The notes under the pieces: model-generated
What the model saw: the letters and a program-made list of their open reading frames with translations, nothing else
The model's database searches: none
Told to the model about the DNA's origin: nothing
Made by a program: the position numbers and the translations under genes
Source of the DNA: an uncultured Gemmatimonadaceae bacterium
GTDB taxonomy: Bacteria; Gemmatimonadota; Gemmatimonadetes; Gemmatimonadales; Gemmatimonadaceae
Assembly: GCA_963716745.1 (NCBI GenBank)
Contig: OY970320.1
Location: 608,001 to 672,000 of the forward strand
Direction of reading: 5' to 3'
DNA length: 64,000 nt
Shown: positions 10,807 to 21,537 of the stretch, piece after piece
Position numbering within the stretch: the first letter of the stretch is position 1
Layout of the letters: every line of letters begins with the position of its first letter

Positions 10807-11417
10807 GGCGTCGCCGCCAGGTCGCCGACGGTGATCGTGAACTCGGCGCGCCGGTTCTGCGAGTACGACGTCTCATCGTGCCCCGGCGCCGCCGGCTTCT
10901 CCTCGCCCATGCTGATGATCGTGATCCGCGCATCGGCGATGCCGTGCTGCGTCAGATACCGCTTCACCGACGCGGCGCGCTGCTGGCCGAGCGCCAGGTT
11001 GTACTCCGCGGAGCCACGCTCGTCGGTGTCACCCTCGATCTGGATGCCGACCGCGGGATTCGCATTCATGATCGCGATCTTGCGGTCGAGCTTCGCCTTG
11101 GCCGAGTCGGTGAGTGTCGACTTGTCGAAGTCGAAGTAGATGGTGGAGGCCATGTCATGCTTCAACGCGTCCTTCTTCGCGGCCGCGGCCGCCGCCGCCG
11201 CAGCGGCCGCATCCGCGTTCGCCTTCGCGATGGAGTCCTTCGTCGCCTGCGCGGCGTTCGCCGCGGCCGTCGCCTTCGCGGCCGAGTCGGCGGCGTGCAA
11301 CTTCGCGATCGAGTCGGCGCTGAGCGGCGCCGGTCCCGTTTCCGGAGCCTTCTTGTTGCATGCGGCGACGGCGGCGAGCGTGACGACGGTGCCGAGGACT
11401 GCCAGTGAATGACGCAT
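10803..11417 (-). CDS. pal: Peptidoglycan-associated lipoprotein
   Basis: Lipobox AVAAC and OmpA domain IYFDFDKS...EGDTDERGSAEYNLALGQQRA...NRRAEF. Confidence 0.93.
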   Translation of the reverse strand: MRHSLAVLGTVVTLAAVAACNKKAPETGPAPLSADSIAKLHAADSAAKATAAANAAQATKDSIAKANADAAAAAAAAAAAKKDALKHDMASTIYFDFDKSTLTDSAKAKLDRKIAIMNANPAVGIQIEGDTDERGSAEYNLALGQQRAASVKRYLTQHGIADARITIISMGEEKPAAPGHDETSYSQNRRAEFTITVGDLAATP

Positions 11418-11470
11418 GGTGCTTCTCCGAGAAGAGATTGGGTTTGGTGTGTGAGAATGAATGAACAGGA

Positions 11471-12806
11471 TCACGGAGCCGACGCGAGCATCGGCGACCA
11501 CGCCGGGAGCCGCGCTCCCGGTCCGTGCGTCAATTGCCGCGCGCGCCCCGATTCCACATCGAGCACGAACAGCTCACGCGCGCCGGTGCGCGTCGAAGCG
11601 AACACCAGAATGCCGGCCGTCCGGCGCCCACGAAGGATCCTCGTTGCGTCCCTCGCTCGTGAGCTGCCGCACCGACCGGTCCCGCAGGCCGATCACCATC
11701 AACTGGAATACACCACTGAATTGCGCCTGGTAAGCCACCTGCCGGCCGTCGGGCGACCAGTCCGGGTTGGACCGGTACGCCTCCTCGCCGAATGCGAACG
11801 GCGTCAGCAATTCCGGGTTCGCGCCGTCCGCGTCCGCGAGGTAGACCTCCGGGTGTCCGATCCGCCCCGACGTGAAGGCGATCCGGCGGCCATCCGGACT
11901 GAAGGTCGGCGACACGTTGTCCGTGCCGCGGCCCACGGTGATCCGCCGCGCTTCGCCCGCCGCGCTCGTGCCGTTCACCGGCACCACGAAGAGATCGGCG
12001 CCCTCTTCATCGCCATGCGCGTACGCGAGCGAGGTCCCATCGGGCGAGAAGGCCGGCGTCATGTTCAGCCCCCGCGGCGTCGTGCCGAGCGCGTGGGCCG
12101 GCCCACCGCTGAAGTCGCGCAGCATGATCCGCCACCCGGCACCTGACACGGCGCTGTACGCGAACAATTTGGCCGACGGATGCCACGCCGGCGAGAGCAC
12201 GGTGCCGGCCTCGGTGAGCGCGCGTTCGCCCCATCCGTCGGAGTCGATCACGAGCACGCGTCCGCCCCGCACGAACAGGATGCGCGTCGTCGCGATCCCG
12301 CGCGTCCCCGTGAGCCATCGCTCCACCTCATCCGACGCCGCATGCAGCGACATCCGCCAGTCGGCGCTGCCCGGCGAGCCGGCGAGCGGAAAGTCCCGCG
12401 TCTGCAGCACCGTCTTCTTCGCCACGTCGTGCGCCGCGATGTGCAGCGTTCCGGGCACGAGCGACATCTGGAGCGCCGCGGCGGCGCCGATCGCCTTCCA
12501 CATCGCGTAGTTGATGCCCGGCCCCACCTGCGCGACCGTCGCGGCAGCCGGCGTGCCATCCACGCCGATCACCTCCACGAGATCGCTGTTGTCCAGATCG
12601 CGTTGCAGGATCGCGCGCACACTATCGCCCATCGGGCCGCGCACGATCCCCACGACGACGCCGGGCTTCGACCCCGATTCATAGGACAGGCCGATCCGCA
12701 CGCCGCGCGGCGTTGTCGAATCCTGGGCGCGAGCGGCGAACGCGGCGCAGCACACGGACAGCGACGCGCCGAGCATCGCGGATCGAAGAGAGGTGCGGCT
12801 TGTCAT
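11471..12806 (-). CDS. tolB: TolB (apparent +1 frameshift near 11609)
   Basis: PD40 repeats (PAWHPS, PAFSPDG, PDWSPDG, PSWAPDG). Removing one A at 11609-11610 restores GRHLVFASTRTGARELFVLD...PAWSP, ending at TGA 11471. Confidence 0.9.
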
Positions 12807-13528
12807 GGTGATCGCAACACTCGCGGGTCGAAGCTGAAGACGACAGGAAGCACATCATCGGCGAAGCCGGTGGGCAGCGGCCCGAAGGCTTTCACCGCGG
12901 CGGCTTGCTCGACCGCGCCCTCGGCCTCGAGATCGAAGGCGAAATTCCCGGAGCGCGTGACGAACTGGATGCTGCTCGGCACGATCGAGCCATCGCGCCG
13001 AATGATGAACGATACTTCGGCGCGCACGGCGGAGTTCCCCTGCGGCTTGAAGCGCTGCGCGATCACCCGCACGACGTTCTCCAGATACTGCGGATAGGGG
13101 AACTCGGCGCCTTCGCTCTGCACCGTCACAATGTCGGTGCCGCGGCCCGCAGTACTGGGGGCCGGAGGCGCCGGATTCGGCGGCGCGGGCGGCGCCGGCG
13201 CGGGTGGCGTCTTCTTCGGCGGCGTCTTGGGAGGCATCTTCGGCGGCGCGGCCATGGCCTTGGGCGGCGGCACCACCTTCTTCGCCGGCGGACTCGGCGG
13301 CGGCGCCGGCGCCGGCGGAGGCGCGGCGGGCGGCGCGGGCGCCGGTGCCGCCGCGGGCTCCGGTGGCGCGGCCACCAGGTTCACATGATACGAAGGCGGC
13401 AGCGCCCGGCGCGGCGCCGGATGCGCCGAGAAGAGCGCCGTCGCGAAGATCGCGTGCAAGGCGAACGACGCCGCGATCGCCCACGCGATCGACGGCCGGC
13501 GGCGCATGGTGTCCGGGCGCGCGCTCAC
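12803..13528 (-). CDS. TolA/TonB-family energy transducer
   Basis: N-terminal TM segment with SxxLH, Pro/Lys-rich linker, TonB_C-like domain (FIIRRDG...SGNFAFD...PLP). Confidence 0.85.
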   Translation of the reverse strand: MSARPDTMRRRPSIAWAIAASFALHAIFATALFSAHPAPRRALPPSYHVNLVAAPPEPAAAPAPAPPAAPPPAPAPPPSPPAKKVVPPPKAMAAPPKMPPKTPPKKTPPAPAPPAPPNPAPPAPSTAGRGTDIVTVQSEGAEFPYPQYLENVVRVIAQRFKPQGNSAVRAEVSFIIRRDGSIVPSSIQFVTRSGNFAFDLEAEGAVEQAAAVKAFGPLPTGFADDVLPVVFSFDPRVLRSP

Positions 13529-13941
13529 GGCGTGACCGTCTCCGGTTCGGCCACGAGACCAATGTCGCCGACGCCGGCGCCGCGCATCACCGCGAGCACG
13601 CGCACCACCGATCCGTACGGCACATTCTGGTCGGCGCGCAGATAGATGCCGTCGCGCCCGCGCTTGCCCGCGAGCGCCTTGAAGGTGGCGCGGAATTCTT
13701 CGTAGGTGAACTTGCCCTCATCGACGAAGATCGTACCGTCGCGCGCGACGGTCACGACGAGGCCGCTGGCCGCGCGCAGCGGGCGCGCGTCGGCGCGCGG
13801 CAGCGCGACGTCCACGCCCCCCTGCATCATCGGCGCGGTGATCATGAAGATCACCATTAAGAGCATCATCACGTCGATCAGGCTCACGACGTTGATGTCC
13901 GCGTTGAGCGGCAGCCCCCGGGTGCGCCGCCGCTGGCTCAC
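13525..13941 (-). CDS. tolR: TolR/ExbD
   Basis: INVVSLIDVMMLLMVIFMITAP motif. Located in the tol-pal operon. Confidence 0.88.
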   Translation of the reverse strand: MSQRRRTRGLPLNADINVVSLIDVMMLLMVIFMITAPMMQGGVDVALPRADARPLRAASGLVVTVARDGTIFVDEGKFTYEEFRATFKALAGKRGRDGIYLRADQNVPYGSVVRVLAVMRGAGVGDIGLVAEPETVTP

Positions 13942-14639
13942 TCGATGCGCCCCGCGCGCACCATCATCGCGATCACCGAGGTGCCGAAGCTCTCCAGTTG
14001 GCCCTCATAGCGCGCGAGCCGCGCGGCGAAGATGTTGTAGCCGAACACCGCGGGGATCGCGACGGTGAGCGCGGCCGCGGTCGCCACCAATGCCTCGGCG
14101 ACGCCCGGCGCGACCGCCGCAAGATTGCCGCTCCCCTTCACCGCGATGCCCACGAAGGCGTCGATGACGCCGAGCACCGTGCCCAGCAGCCCGATGAGCG
14201 GGCTCACCGAACCGATCGTCGCGAGCCACGGAATGAAGTGCGACAACTGATCGCGCTGGTCCATCGTCTCGGCATCGAGCACGAGACGGAGCGCTTCCAC
14301 CTGCGACGCCGAGAGGTTCCCGGAGTTCAGAACGGCCACGAAGTTGGACGCGCGCGATACGATGCTCGCGAACGGCCCCTCGGCGCCGCGCCGCACGAGC
14401 GCGGCCGCGGCCTCGAGCGTGTGCGCCGACGCGAAGTCCTTCTCGAACGCGCGGGCCCGCGCGTCGGCGCGGCGGAACTCGCGCCACTTCGCCAGCATGA
14501 TCGCCCAGCTGATCAGCGAGAGTGTGCCGAGCAGCACGAGCACGATCTTCGTCGCGATCGTGGACTGACGGATCAGGTCCATCGGCGTGGTGGGGAGCGC
14601 CGTGCCGAGCTGCAGCGCGAGCAGCGCGAAGGCGTTCAT
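13938..14639 (-). CDS. tolQ: TolQ/ExbB
   Basis: LATIGSVSPLIGLLGTVLG and VAPGVAEALVATA...VAIPA. Start at ATG 14639 overlaps the upstream stop. Confidence 0.9.
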   Translation of the reverse strand: MNAFALLALQLGTALPTTPMDLIRQSTIATKIVLVLLGTLSLISWAIMLAKWREFRRADARARAFEKDFASAHTLEAAAALVRRGAEGPFASIVSRASNFVAVLNSGNLSASQVEALRLVLDAETMDQRDQLSHFIPWLATIGSVSPLIGLLGTVLGVIDAFVGIAVKGSGNLAAVAPGVAEALVATAAALTVAIPAVFGYNIFAARLARYEGQLESFGTSVIAMMVRAGRIE

Positions 14640-15601
14640 GACACCACCGCCAGCCGCCGCGCGGCGAACCACGCGTGAGTCTGCTGCAGGCCGTCGTCGA
14701 GAGTGACCGCCGGGCGCCAGTCCAATGCGCGAGCGGCGGCGTCGATGCGCACCGCGGAGCGCCGCTGCTCGCCGGGACGTTCGGGCGCGTGTGTGAGGCG
14801 CGGCGGCACCGCGGCCGCGCCGGCAAGGATCGTGGCGAGTGTCAGCACGTCGGTCTCCACTCCAGTTCCAATGTTGATCGCGCGGGCGTCCACGCCGCCG
14901 GCCGGCGGCAAGGGCGCGAGCGCGGCGAGTTGCACGGCGCGCGCGACGTCCTCCACGAACACGTAGTCGCGCGTCTGCAGGCCGTCGCCGTACACCGTGA
15001 GCGCTTCGCCGCGCAGGAGCCGCTCGCAGAAGATCGCGACGACGCCCGCCTCCCCATGCGGGTCCTGGCGCGGGCCGTACACGTTCGAGAATCGCAGCGC
15101 GATCGTGGGCAATCCGTGCACGCGCGCGTAATACGCGAGGTAATGCTCCACCGCGAGCTTCGCGACGCCGTAGGGCGACTGCGGATCCTTCGGCGCCTGC
15201 TCTGCGGTAGGCGGCGGCGCGAGGTCGCCGTAGATCGCGCCGCCGGTGGAGGCGAAGACCACACGCGCCGTGGCGCCGGCTGCGCGCAGCGCCTCGAGGA
15301 GATTGAGCGTGCCCTCGACGTTCACGCGCGCGTCGTGCACTGGATCGGCCACACTGCGCCGCACATCCATCTGCGCGGCGAAGTGACACATGACATCGAA
15401 TCGCCCTTCGCGCACGGCGCGCGCGGCGTCGGCCGACCGGATGTCGAGCGTGAGGAGCTCGGCGCCGTCGGGAACGTTCTCGCGCTTGCCGGAGCTGAGG
15501 TCGTCGAGGATGGTGACGCGGTCGCCGGCGCCTGTGAAGCGGGCTGCGGCATGCGAGCCGATGAAGCCCGCGCCGCCGGTGACGAGGATGCGGCGCGTCA
15601 T
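14636..15601 (-). CDS. NAD-dependent epimerase (UDP-glucose 4-epimerase-like)
   Basis: GGAGFIG, STGGAIYG, YGVAK and NVYGPRQDPHGEAGVVAIF. Confidence 0.88.
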   Translation of the reverse strand: MTRRILVTGGAGFIGSHAAARFTGAGDRVTILDDLSSGKRENVPDGAELLTLDIRSADAARAVREGRFDVMCHFAAQMDVRRSVADPVHDARVNVEGTLNLLEALRAAGATARVVFASTGGAIYGDLAPPPTAEQAPKDPQSPYGVAKLAVEHYLAYYARVHGLPTIALRFSNVYGPRQDPHGEAGVVAIFCERLLRGEALTVYGDGLQTRDYVFVEDVARAVQLAALAPLPPAGGVDARAINIGTGVETDVLTLATILAGAAAVPPRLTHAPERPGEQRRSAVRIDAAARALDWRPAVTLDDGLQQTHAWFAARRLAVVS

Positions 15602-15731
15602 GTCAACGCGTGGACGCGGCGCCGGAGCGCGCGAGGAAAAACAAAATGGGCGATCGCAGTCATGCGTCGCCCATAATGTAACACGCGCGGCGCCACGGCG
15701 GGGCCGTGGCGCAGCGAAAAACGGAGAGCGC

Positions 15732-16904
15732 CTAGGGCATGCGCGCGGTCAGCCGGACGGACGCATCCGCGAAGATCGCCGGATTGCGAATGTCCGTGAC
15801 CAGCGCCGTGGCGCCAAGCTCCGTCACCTTGATCACCTGCACGCGCCCGATCAACCCTTCCGGGATGGTCACATCGGGACCGTGCTCCTGCGGCTGCTTG
15901 AACGACGGACGGTAGACCGTGAACTGGTCGCCGATCTTCACGCCATCCTTCAGGCCCACGTTGAGGATGATCCAGTCCTGCGCCGACGCGATCGTGACCG
16001 CCGGCGGGATGAAGATGACCTTGCCTTCGGTGCCGAGGAGCAGCGGCGCGGGGCGCGCGTCGGGGTTCATCGCGAAGTGCTCGAGCGGCATGATCTGCTG
16101 CCCGATCCAGACCTCTTGGTAGAAGTTCGTGATCAGGGCCATTGCCGCATCGGTGCCTTCAATGCTGATGATCTTTATCTGGCCGGTGGGGCGCATCACT
16201 ACCGTCCCGTTCCCGAGATCCGCGAGCGTCTCGAATACGAGGAACTGGTCGCCCTTGGCCGCCACGACGCCCTTGGGCAGCGTGACGAAGACGTAATCGT
16301 TGATGTTGAATTTGTCGCGCTGCACGCCGCGCACTTCGCCCGGCACGTTCGCCGTACGAATGATCCGGCCGGTGTTCGGCGGACCGGCGGACGAATCGAG
16401 CCACGGCGCCGAGTAGAACTCCGCCGCGCGCACCGCGGTATGCTGGTACGTGTTGGCCGTGCCGCCGAAGCGCGACGCGCTGATGGTGCGCTTGCGGTTG
16501 GCCGCCGCGAACACCGTAGACCCGACCGGCTGGCGCGGCGCTTCCGCGATCGGCGCGGCCGGCTGCTCCATCTGGTCTTCCGAGACGACCTGTGCGCCGC
16601 CGCCGGGATTCTCGGCGACCTGCGGCGTGCCGCCGGGGAGCGTCAGGACCTCGCCGGGATAGATCCAGTGCGGATCTTCCACGATGGCCGTGTTGAGCCG
16701 GTAGATCTCAGGCCAGAGGAAGGGATCGTTCAGGTACATCTTGGCGATGTCCCAGAGCGTATCGCCCTTCTTCACGGTGTGGGTCGCAGGGATCGCGGTC
16801 GGCTCCTGCGCCTTGAGCGGCGAGGAAGCCAGCGTCGCAGCGGCGACGGCGAGCGCGAACGCGCGACGGACGAGAGGCGAAAAGCGCATCGGATGCTGGA
16901 TCAT
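15732..16904 (-). CDS. Exported LysM-domain protein
   Basis: Signal peptide, then HTVKKGDTLWDIAK..L.DPFLWPEIY..N...DPHWIYPG. GAGGA RBS upstream of ATG 16904. Confidence 0.88.
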   Translation of the reverse strand: MIQHPMRFSPLVRRAFALAVAAATLASSPLKAQEPTAIPATHTVKKGDTLWDIAKMYLNDPFLWPEIYRLNTAIVEDPHWIYPGEVLTLPGGTPQVAENPGGGAQVVSEDQMEQPAAPIAEAPRQPVGSTVFAAANRKRTISASRFGGTANTYQHTAVRAAEFYSAPWLDSSAGPPNTGRIIRTANVPGEVRGVQRDKFNINDYVFVTLPKGVVAAKGDQFLVFETLADLGNGTVVMRPTGQIKIISIEGTDAAMALITNFYQEVWIGQQIMPLEHFAMNPDARPAPLLLGTEGKVIFIPPAVTIASAQDWIILNVGLKDGVKIGDQFTVYRPSFKQPQEHGPDVTIPEGLIGRVQVIKVTELGATALVTDIRNPAIFADASVRLTARMP

Positions 16905-17049
16905 AGCGGTGTCCTCGTGGTCCTCACTCGGTGCGCAACGGGTGCGCGGTTCCCCAAGGAAAACGGAACTGCGCACCCCCGGCAAGAAGCCGAGGCGCGC
17001 ACGGGTTCCCTACTAGGACGCGTGATGGGGCAACGGGTTACGGCGAAGA

Positions 17050-17146
17050 GGCGCGCCTGGCTGTTGGCGTATGGTAATACCCACCCGCCAACCCCCAAAC
17101 GCGCCCCTGCGATTCGTCGTACCATACGCCATACGCCAGGCGCGCC
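17050..17146. repeat. Palindromic repeat, family B, copy 1
   Basis: 27-bp inverted arms GGCGCGCCTGGC...GCGTATGGTA / TACCATACGCC...GCCAGGCGCGCC with a 43-nt spacer, just downstream of ssb. Core shared with 55944-56040. Confidence 0.7.
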
Positions 17147-17156
17147 CCTGCAGTTG

Positions 17157-17657
17157 TTAGAAGGGCAGATCGTCGTCCGTCTCCTCGAGGCTGCCTTTGA
17201 AGTCCTCGAAGTCGCCGCCGGCCGGACTGGGCCCGGCGCCGGACCCTGCGCCTGCCGCCGCCGCGCGCGGGCGGCTCCGCGGAGCGCCCTCGGCGTCGTC
17301 CGAACCGCCCTGGCGGCCGGACAGCATGATCAGCTCCCGGACGTTGATCTCGGTGCTGTAGCGGGTCTGATTCTCCTTGTCCTGCCACTGGCGGTACTCG
17401 ATCCGCCCCTCGACGTACACCTTGTCGCCCTTCTTCAGGTACTTCTCGACGATATCGGCGAGCGTGAAGGCCTTGGAATTCCAGACCACGCACCGGTGCC
17501 ACTCCGTCTTCTCCTGCTTCTCCCCGTTGGCGCCGGTCCACTGGCGGCTCGTGGCGAGAGAGAAGTTCGCGACGCGGTTGCCGCCCGTGGCGGACCGGAC
17601 TTCGGGATCGGCGCCCAGATTGCCGATCAGGGTGACCTTATTCAGACTGCGGCTCAC
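17157..17657 (-). CDS. ssb: Single-stranded DNA-binding protein
   Basis: SLNKVTLIGNLGADPE, EKTEWHR and C-terminal DDDLPF. GTG start with GGAGG RBS. Confidence 0.97.
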   Translation of the reverse strand: MSRSLNKVTLIGNLGADPEVRSATGGNRVANFSLATSRQWTGANGEKQEKTEWHRCVVWNSKAFTLADIVEKYLKKGDKVYVEGRIEYRQWQDKENQTRYSTEINVRELIMLSGRQGGSDDAEGAPRSRPRAAAAGAGSGAGPSPAGGDFEDFKGSLEETDDDLPF

Positions 17658-17745
17658 GGTTCCTCCTGGCAGATGGCGAATGACATCGCCGGACAAAGTA
17701 TATCGGACGGGCCGCCCCTATGCCACCGAGCGAACGCGCGGCGGA

Positions 17746-18214
17746 TCATCGTTCTGCGGTGGCCGGGAGATCGCAGCGCAGGACCAGTGCGTCCTCGACC
17801 GGCTCCCGGTAATAGTCGCGGCGCCGGCCGACTTCGGTGAAGCCGAAACGCGCGTAGAGCGCGCGGGCGGCGGCGTTGGATTCGCGCACATCGAGAATGC
17901 ACCGTGGCGGCGCGGCGATCGCGCGCTTCCGTCATCATACCGCCGAGCAGCAGGGCGCCGACCCCCGCTCCTCGCCGCGCGGGTGCGACGGCGAGATTGA
18001 GCACCTCGGCTTCGTCCGCGGCGAACTGGGCCACAATGTATCCCACCAGCGTCTGGTCATCCCCGAGTACGACATCGAAGCGCGAACCCGCCGCCCGGAG
18101 CGCGCCGGCGAACAGCGCGCGCGTCCATGGATCGCCGAAGGAGGCGCGTTCGATCTCGACCACGGCGTCGAGATCCGACGGCGCCGCCGCGCGGACCGTC
18201 AACGCCCGCGGCAC
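17746..18214 (-). CDS. rimI: RimI-like N-acetyltransferase (apparent +1 frameshift near 17896)
   Basis: IERASFGDPW and NLAVAPARRGAGVG. Removing one base restores VHLDVRESNAAARALYARFGF..VGRRRDYYREPVEDAL, ending at TGA 17746. Follows tsaE-tsaB. Confidence 0.88.
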
Positions 18215-18215
18215 G

Positions 18216-18884
18216 CTACGCGCCGGTGAGCGGGCGGCCGTGCTCGCGCTCCCACTTCGCCTGCGCTTCGGCGACGCGGCCGTAGTGCGGTTCCCAGGTC
18301 GCGAGATCCACGGGTCCCGCGACCGCGAATTGCTCCACGAGCATCGCGGCGCCGCGGGCGTGCGGCGCGCAGGCGAGAAGCTCGGCGGGGCCGGCGGTGC
18401 GCGCGCCGAGCGCGTCAGCCATCGCGGCGACCGCGCTGCGCGCGACGAGCGCCGGCGGGGCGATCTCCTCGATCGTGTGCGCAGTGCGCGCGTAGCCGGC
18501 GACGTAGCATTCGCCGCGCATCGCGTCGAGCACGGCGAGGTACGCGCCGGGCGGCAGCGGGTTGCCGGCGACGATCAGCGCGAGCGACGGGAGCGCGAAC
18601 ATCGGGATGCCGCGCGCGCTGGCGATCCCCTTGGCGATCGAGCCGGCAATGCGGAGACTCGTGAAGCTTCCCGGGCCGGCGCCGCACACCACGCGCGTGA
18701 TGTCCGCGGCCGTGACGCCGGCCTCCGCGAGTGCTGCGGCGACCGCCGGCAGCAGGCGTTCTTCGTGCTCGCCGCGCATCGCGACCGACCGCTCGGCCGT
18801 TACCACGCCCGAACGCAGGATGGCCACCGTGCCGGTGTACGTCGCGGCGTCGAGCGCGAGCGTGACGCTGGGGCGGCCGGTCAT
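18216..18884 (-). CDS. tsaB: tRNA threonylcarbamoyladenosine biosynthesis protein TsaB
   Basis: LALDAAT, GAGPGSFTSLRI and LDAMRGECY motifs. Confidence 0.92.
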   Translation of the reverse strand: MTGRPSVTLALDAATYTGTVAILRSGVVTAERSVAMRGEHEERLLPAVAAALAEAGVTAADITRVVCGAGPGSFTSLRIAGSIAKGIASARGIPMFALPSLALIVAGNPLPPGAYLAVLDAMRGECYVAGYARTAHTIEEIAPPALVARSAVAAMADALGARTAGPAELLACAPHARGAAMLVEQFAVAGPVDLATWEPHYGRVAEAQAKWEREHGRPLTGA

Positions 18885-19306
18885 CCGGCGGTGAGCAAGC
18901 GGCGCTCGGGATCCGAGGGATCGTACTCCAGCGCGATCGGGTACGCGCCGGGTGGCAGGCGGCGTCCCGCGCGTTCCGGCCACTCGACGAGCACGAGCGC
19001 GGGCGCGGAAATGATCTCGTCCCACCCGAGGTTCGTGAGTTCGTCCGGCCGGTCGAGCCGGTACAGATCGAAATGGTACACCGGCCAATTCGCCGCCGCG
19101 TACTCGTGCACGAGCGCGAAGGTCGGACTAGTCACTTCCTGCGTGACGCCCGCCCCGCGGCTGATCGCTTGCACCAGCGTGGTCTTTCCGGCGCCGAGCT
19201 CGCCGCGGATCGCGACCACGAGCGGGGCGGCCGCGGTGCGCCCGAACGCCTCGCCCCACGCGGTGAGTTCCGCACGGGTGAGCGCTACGGTGGCCTGCAC
19301 GGTCAC
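18881..19306 (-). CDS. tsaE: tRNA threonylcarbamoyladenosine biosynthesis ATPase TsaE
   Basis: [22 protein letters not shown] and VEWPE. Confidence 0.95.
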   Translation of the reverse strand: MTVQATVALTRAELTAWGEAFGRTAAAPLVVAIRGELGAGKTTLVQAISRGAGVTQEVTSPTFALVHEYAAANWPVYHFDLYRLDRPDELTNLGWDEIISAPALVLVEWPERAGRRLPPGAYPIALEYDPSDPERRLLTAG

Positions 19307-21360
19307 GCGCGCGGCGCCCGCAGGCGGCCGAGGCCCGCGCCGCGTTTCGCACCTCCGCCCGAGGCGCCACCGCTCATTCGCGCCTTGAGCTCGAACACCT
19401 GGTCGCGGAGCGACGCCGCTTCCTCGAAGTCGAGTCCTTCGGCCGCCTCCTTCATCTGCGCCTCGAGCATCTCGAGCAGCGCGGCATCATCCATTTCGGA
19501 GGCGTAGGTGTGCCGCGGCTCGGCGACCTTGCGTTCCGGCACCTCCATCCGCGCATCGGCCAATCGCGTGCTGAAGTTCACCTCGTCCGTGCTCTTCACG
19601 ACTGTCGTGGGCGTGATACCATGCTCCTCGTTGTGCGCGCGCTGGATCGCGCGCCGGCGCTTGGTCTCGTCGAGGCAGCGTTGCATCGAGCCGGTGATCC
19701 GGTCGGCGTAGAAGATCGCGCGTCCGCTCACGTTCCGCGCCGCGCGGCCCACGGTCTGGATCAGCGAGCGGTCGCTGCGCAGGAAGCCTTCCTGATCGGC
19801 GTCGAGGATCGCGACGAGCGACACCTCGGGCAGGTCGAGCCCTTCGCGCAGGAGGTTGATCCCTACGAGCACATCGAAGTCGCCGAGTCGCAGCCCGCGA
19901 ATGATCTCCATGCGCTCGATGGCGTCGATGTCCGAGTGCATGTAGCGCACGCGCACGCGCATCTGCTGGAGATAGTCGGCGAGGTCCTCCGACATGCGCT
20001 TCGTGAGCGTGGTGACGAGCACGCGCTCGCCCCGCCGCTCGCGCAGCCGGATCTCGTTGAGGAGATCGTCCACCTGGCCGCGCACCGGGCGCACCTCGAT
20101 CTCGGGATCGAGCAGCCCGGTGGGACGGATGATCTGCTCGACGACGACGCCGTCGGAGAGCTGGAGTTCGAGGTCGCCCGGCGTGGCGCTCACGAACAGC
20201 GCCTTGGGGGTGAGCGCGAGGAACTCATCGAACATGAGCGGCCGGTTGTCGAGGGCGCTCGGCAACCGGAAGCCGTACTCGACGAGCGTGAGCTTGCGCG
20301 CGCGGTCGCCATTGAACATGCCCGAGATCTGCGGGAGCGAGACGTGCGATTCGTCGACGACGACGAGAAAATCCTCGGGGAAATAATCGAAGAGGCACGC
20401 GGGACGCTCGCCCGCCTGCCGGCCCGAGAGGTGGCGCGAGTAGTTCTCGATGCCGGCGCAGGTGCCTACTTCGAGCATCATCTCGATGTCGAAGTTCGTG
20501 CGCGACTCGAGGCGCTGCGCCTCGAGGAGCTTGCCCGCGCTCCGCAGGAGCGGCAGCCGCTCGTTGAGCTCGGTGCGAATGAGCGACACCGCGCGCTCGA
20601 GCGTCGGGCGCGACGTCACGAAATGCTTCGCCGGGTAGATCGCCGCGCGCTCGAGCTTCGCGATCGCGTCGCCGGTGATCGGATTGATCTTGGAGATCCG
20701 CTCCACCTGATCGCCCCAGAGTTCCACGCGCACCGCCTGCTCCTCGTACGCGGGGAAGATCTCCACCGTGTCGCCGCGCACGCGGAAGGTGCCGCGCTCG
20801 AACGCGACGTCGTTGCGTGAATACTGGATCGACACGAGCGCGCGCAGGATGTCGTCGCGCGGGCGCGTCTCGCCGACGTTGATGCTCACCATGCGCTCGC
20901 GGTATTCCACCGGATCGCCGAGTCCGTAGATCGCGCTCACCGTGGCGACGATGATGACATCGTCGCGCTCCATGAGGCTCGACGTCGCGCGCAGGCGCAG
21001 GCGGTCGATGTCCTCGTTGATCGAGGCGTCCTTCTCGATGTACGTGTCGCTCGAGGGGACGTACGCCTCGGGCTGGTAGTAGTCGTAGTACGAGATGAAA
21101 TACTCGACCGCATTGTTCGGGAAGAAGCCCTTGAGTTCACCGTACAGCTGCGCCGCGAGGGTCTTGTTGTGGCTCAGCACGAGCGTGGGCTTCCGGTAAT
21201 GCTGGATGACGTTCGCGACGGTCATCGTCTTGCCCGAGCCGGTGACGCCGAGGAGCGTCTGGAACCGGTCGCCGCGCGCGAGTCCCTCGTTCAGCTCGGT
21301 GATGGCACGAGGCTGATCGCCGGCGGGGCTGAAGGGAGCGGTGAATTCGAAGGATGGCAC
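19303..21360 (-). CDS. uvrB: Excinuclease ABC subunit B
   Basis: [37 protein letters not shown] and a C-terminal UVR domain. Confidence 0.98.
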   Translation of the reverse strand: MPSFEFTAPFSPAGDQPRAITELNEGLARGDRFQTLLGVTGSGKTMTVANVIQHYRKPTLVLSHNKTLAAQLYGELKGFFPNNAVEYFISYYDYYQPEAYVPSSDTYIEKDASINEDIDRLRLRATSSLMERDDVIIVATVSAIYGLGDPVEYRERMVSINVGETRPRDDILRALVSIQYSRNDVAFERGTFRVRGDTVEIFPAYEEQAVRVELWGDQVERISKINPITGDAIAKLERAAIYPAKHFVTSRPTLERAVSLIRTELNERLPLLRSAGKLLEAQRLESRTNFDIEMMLEVGTCAGIENYSRHLSGRQAGERPACLFDYFPEDFLVVVDESHVSLPQISGMFNGDRARKLTLVEYGFRLPSALDNRPLMFDEFLALTPKALFVSATPGDLELQLSDGVVVEQIIRPTGLLDPEIEVRPVRGQVDDLLNEIRLRERRGERVLVTTLTKRMSEDLADYLQQMRVRVRYMHSDIDAIERMEIIRGLRLGDFDVLVGINLLREGLDLPEVSLVAILDADQEGFLRSDRSLIQTVGRAARNVSGRAIFYADRITGSMQRCLDETKRRRAIQRAHNEEHGITPTTVVKSTDEVNFSTRLADARMEVPERKVAEPRHTYASEMDDAALLEMLEAQMKEAAEGLDFEEAASLRDQVFELKARMSGGASGGGAKRGAGLGRLRAPRA

Positions 21361-21382
21361 TGTGTCAGAAAAATCAGTCGTG

Positions 21383-21527
21383 TGGTACCGCTGGAGGCGG
21401 GGACTGGTACCGCGAACGGCGCGTTAGCGTTGGACGTTGGGACCGCCAGCACCGAGGAACGCGCTGTTCCCAACGCTAACGCCACACCCGCACCTCGCGG
21501 TACTAACCCCGCCGTCAGCGGTGTCCA
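21383..21527. repeat. Long palindromic intergenic repeat, family A, copy 2
   Basis: TGGTACCGC...TGGTACCGC...TTAGCGTTGGACGTTGGGA / TCCCAACGCTAACGCCAC...GCGGTAC...CCCCGCC..CAGCGGT, between rel and uvrB. Confidence 0.88.
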
Positions 21528-21537
21528 GTCTGCGCAG

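Noticed and set aside
13160..13380. GGCGGCG-rich low-complexity tract
   Set aside because: It encodes the Pro/Ala/Lys-rich linker of the TolA/TonB protein.
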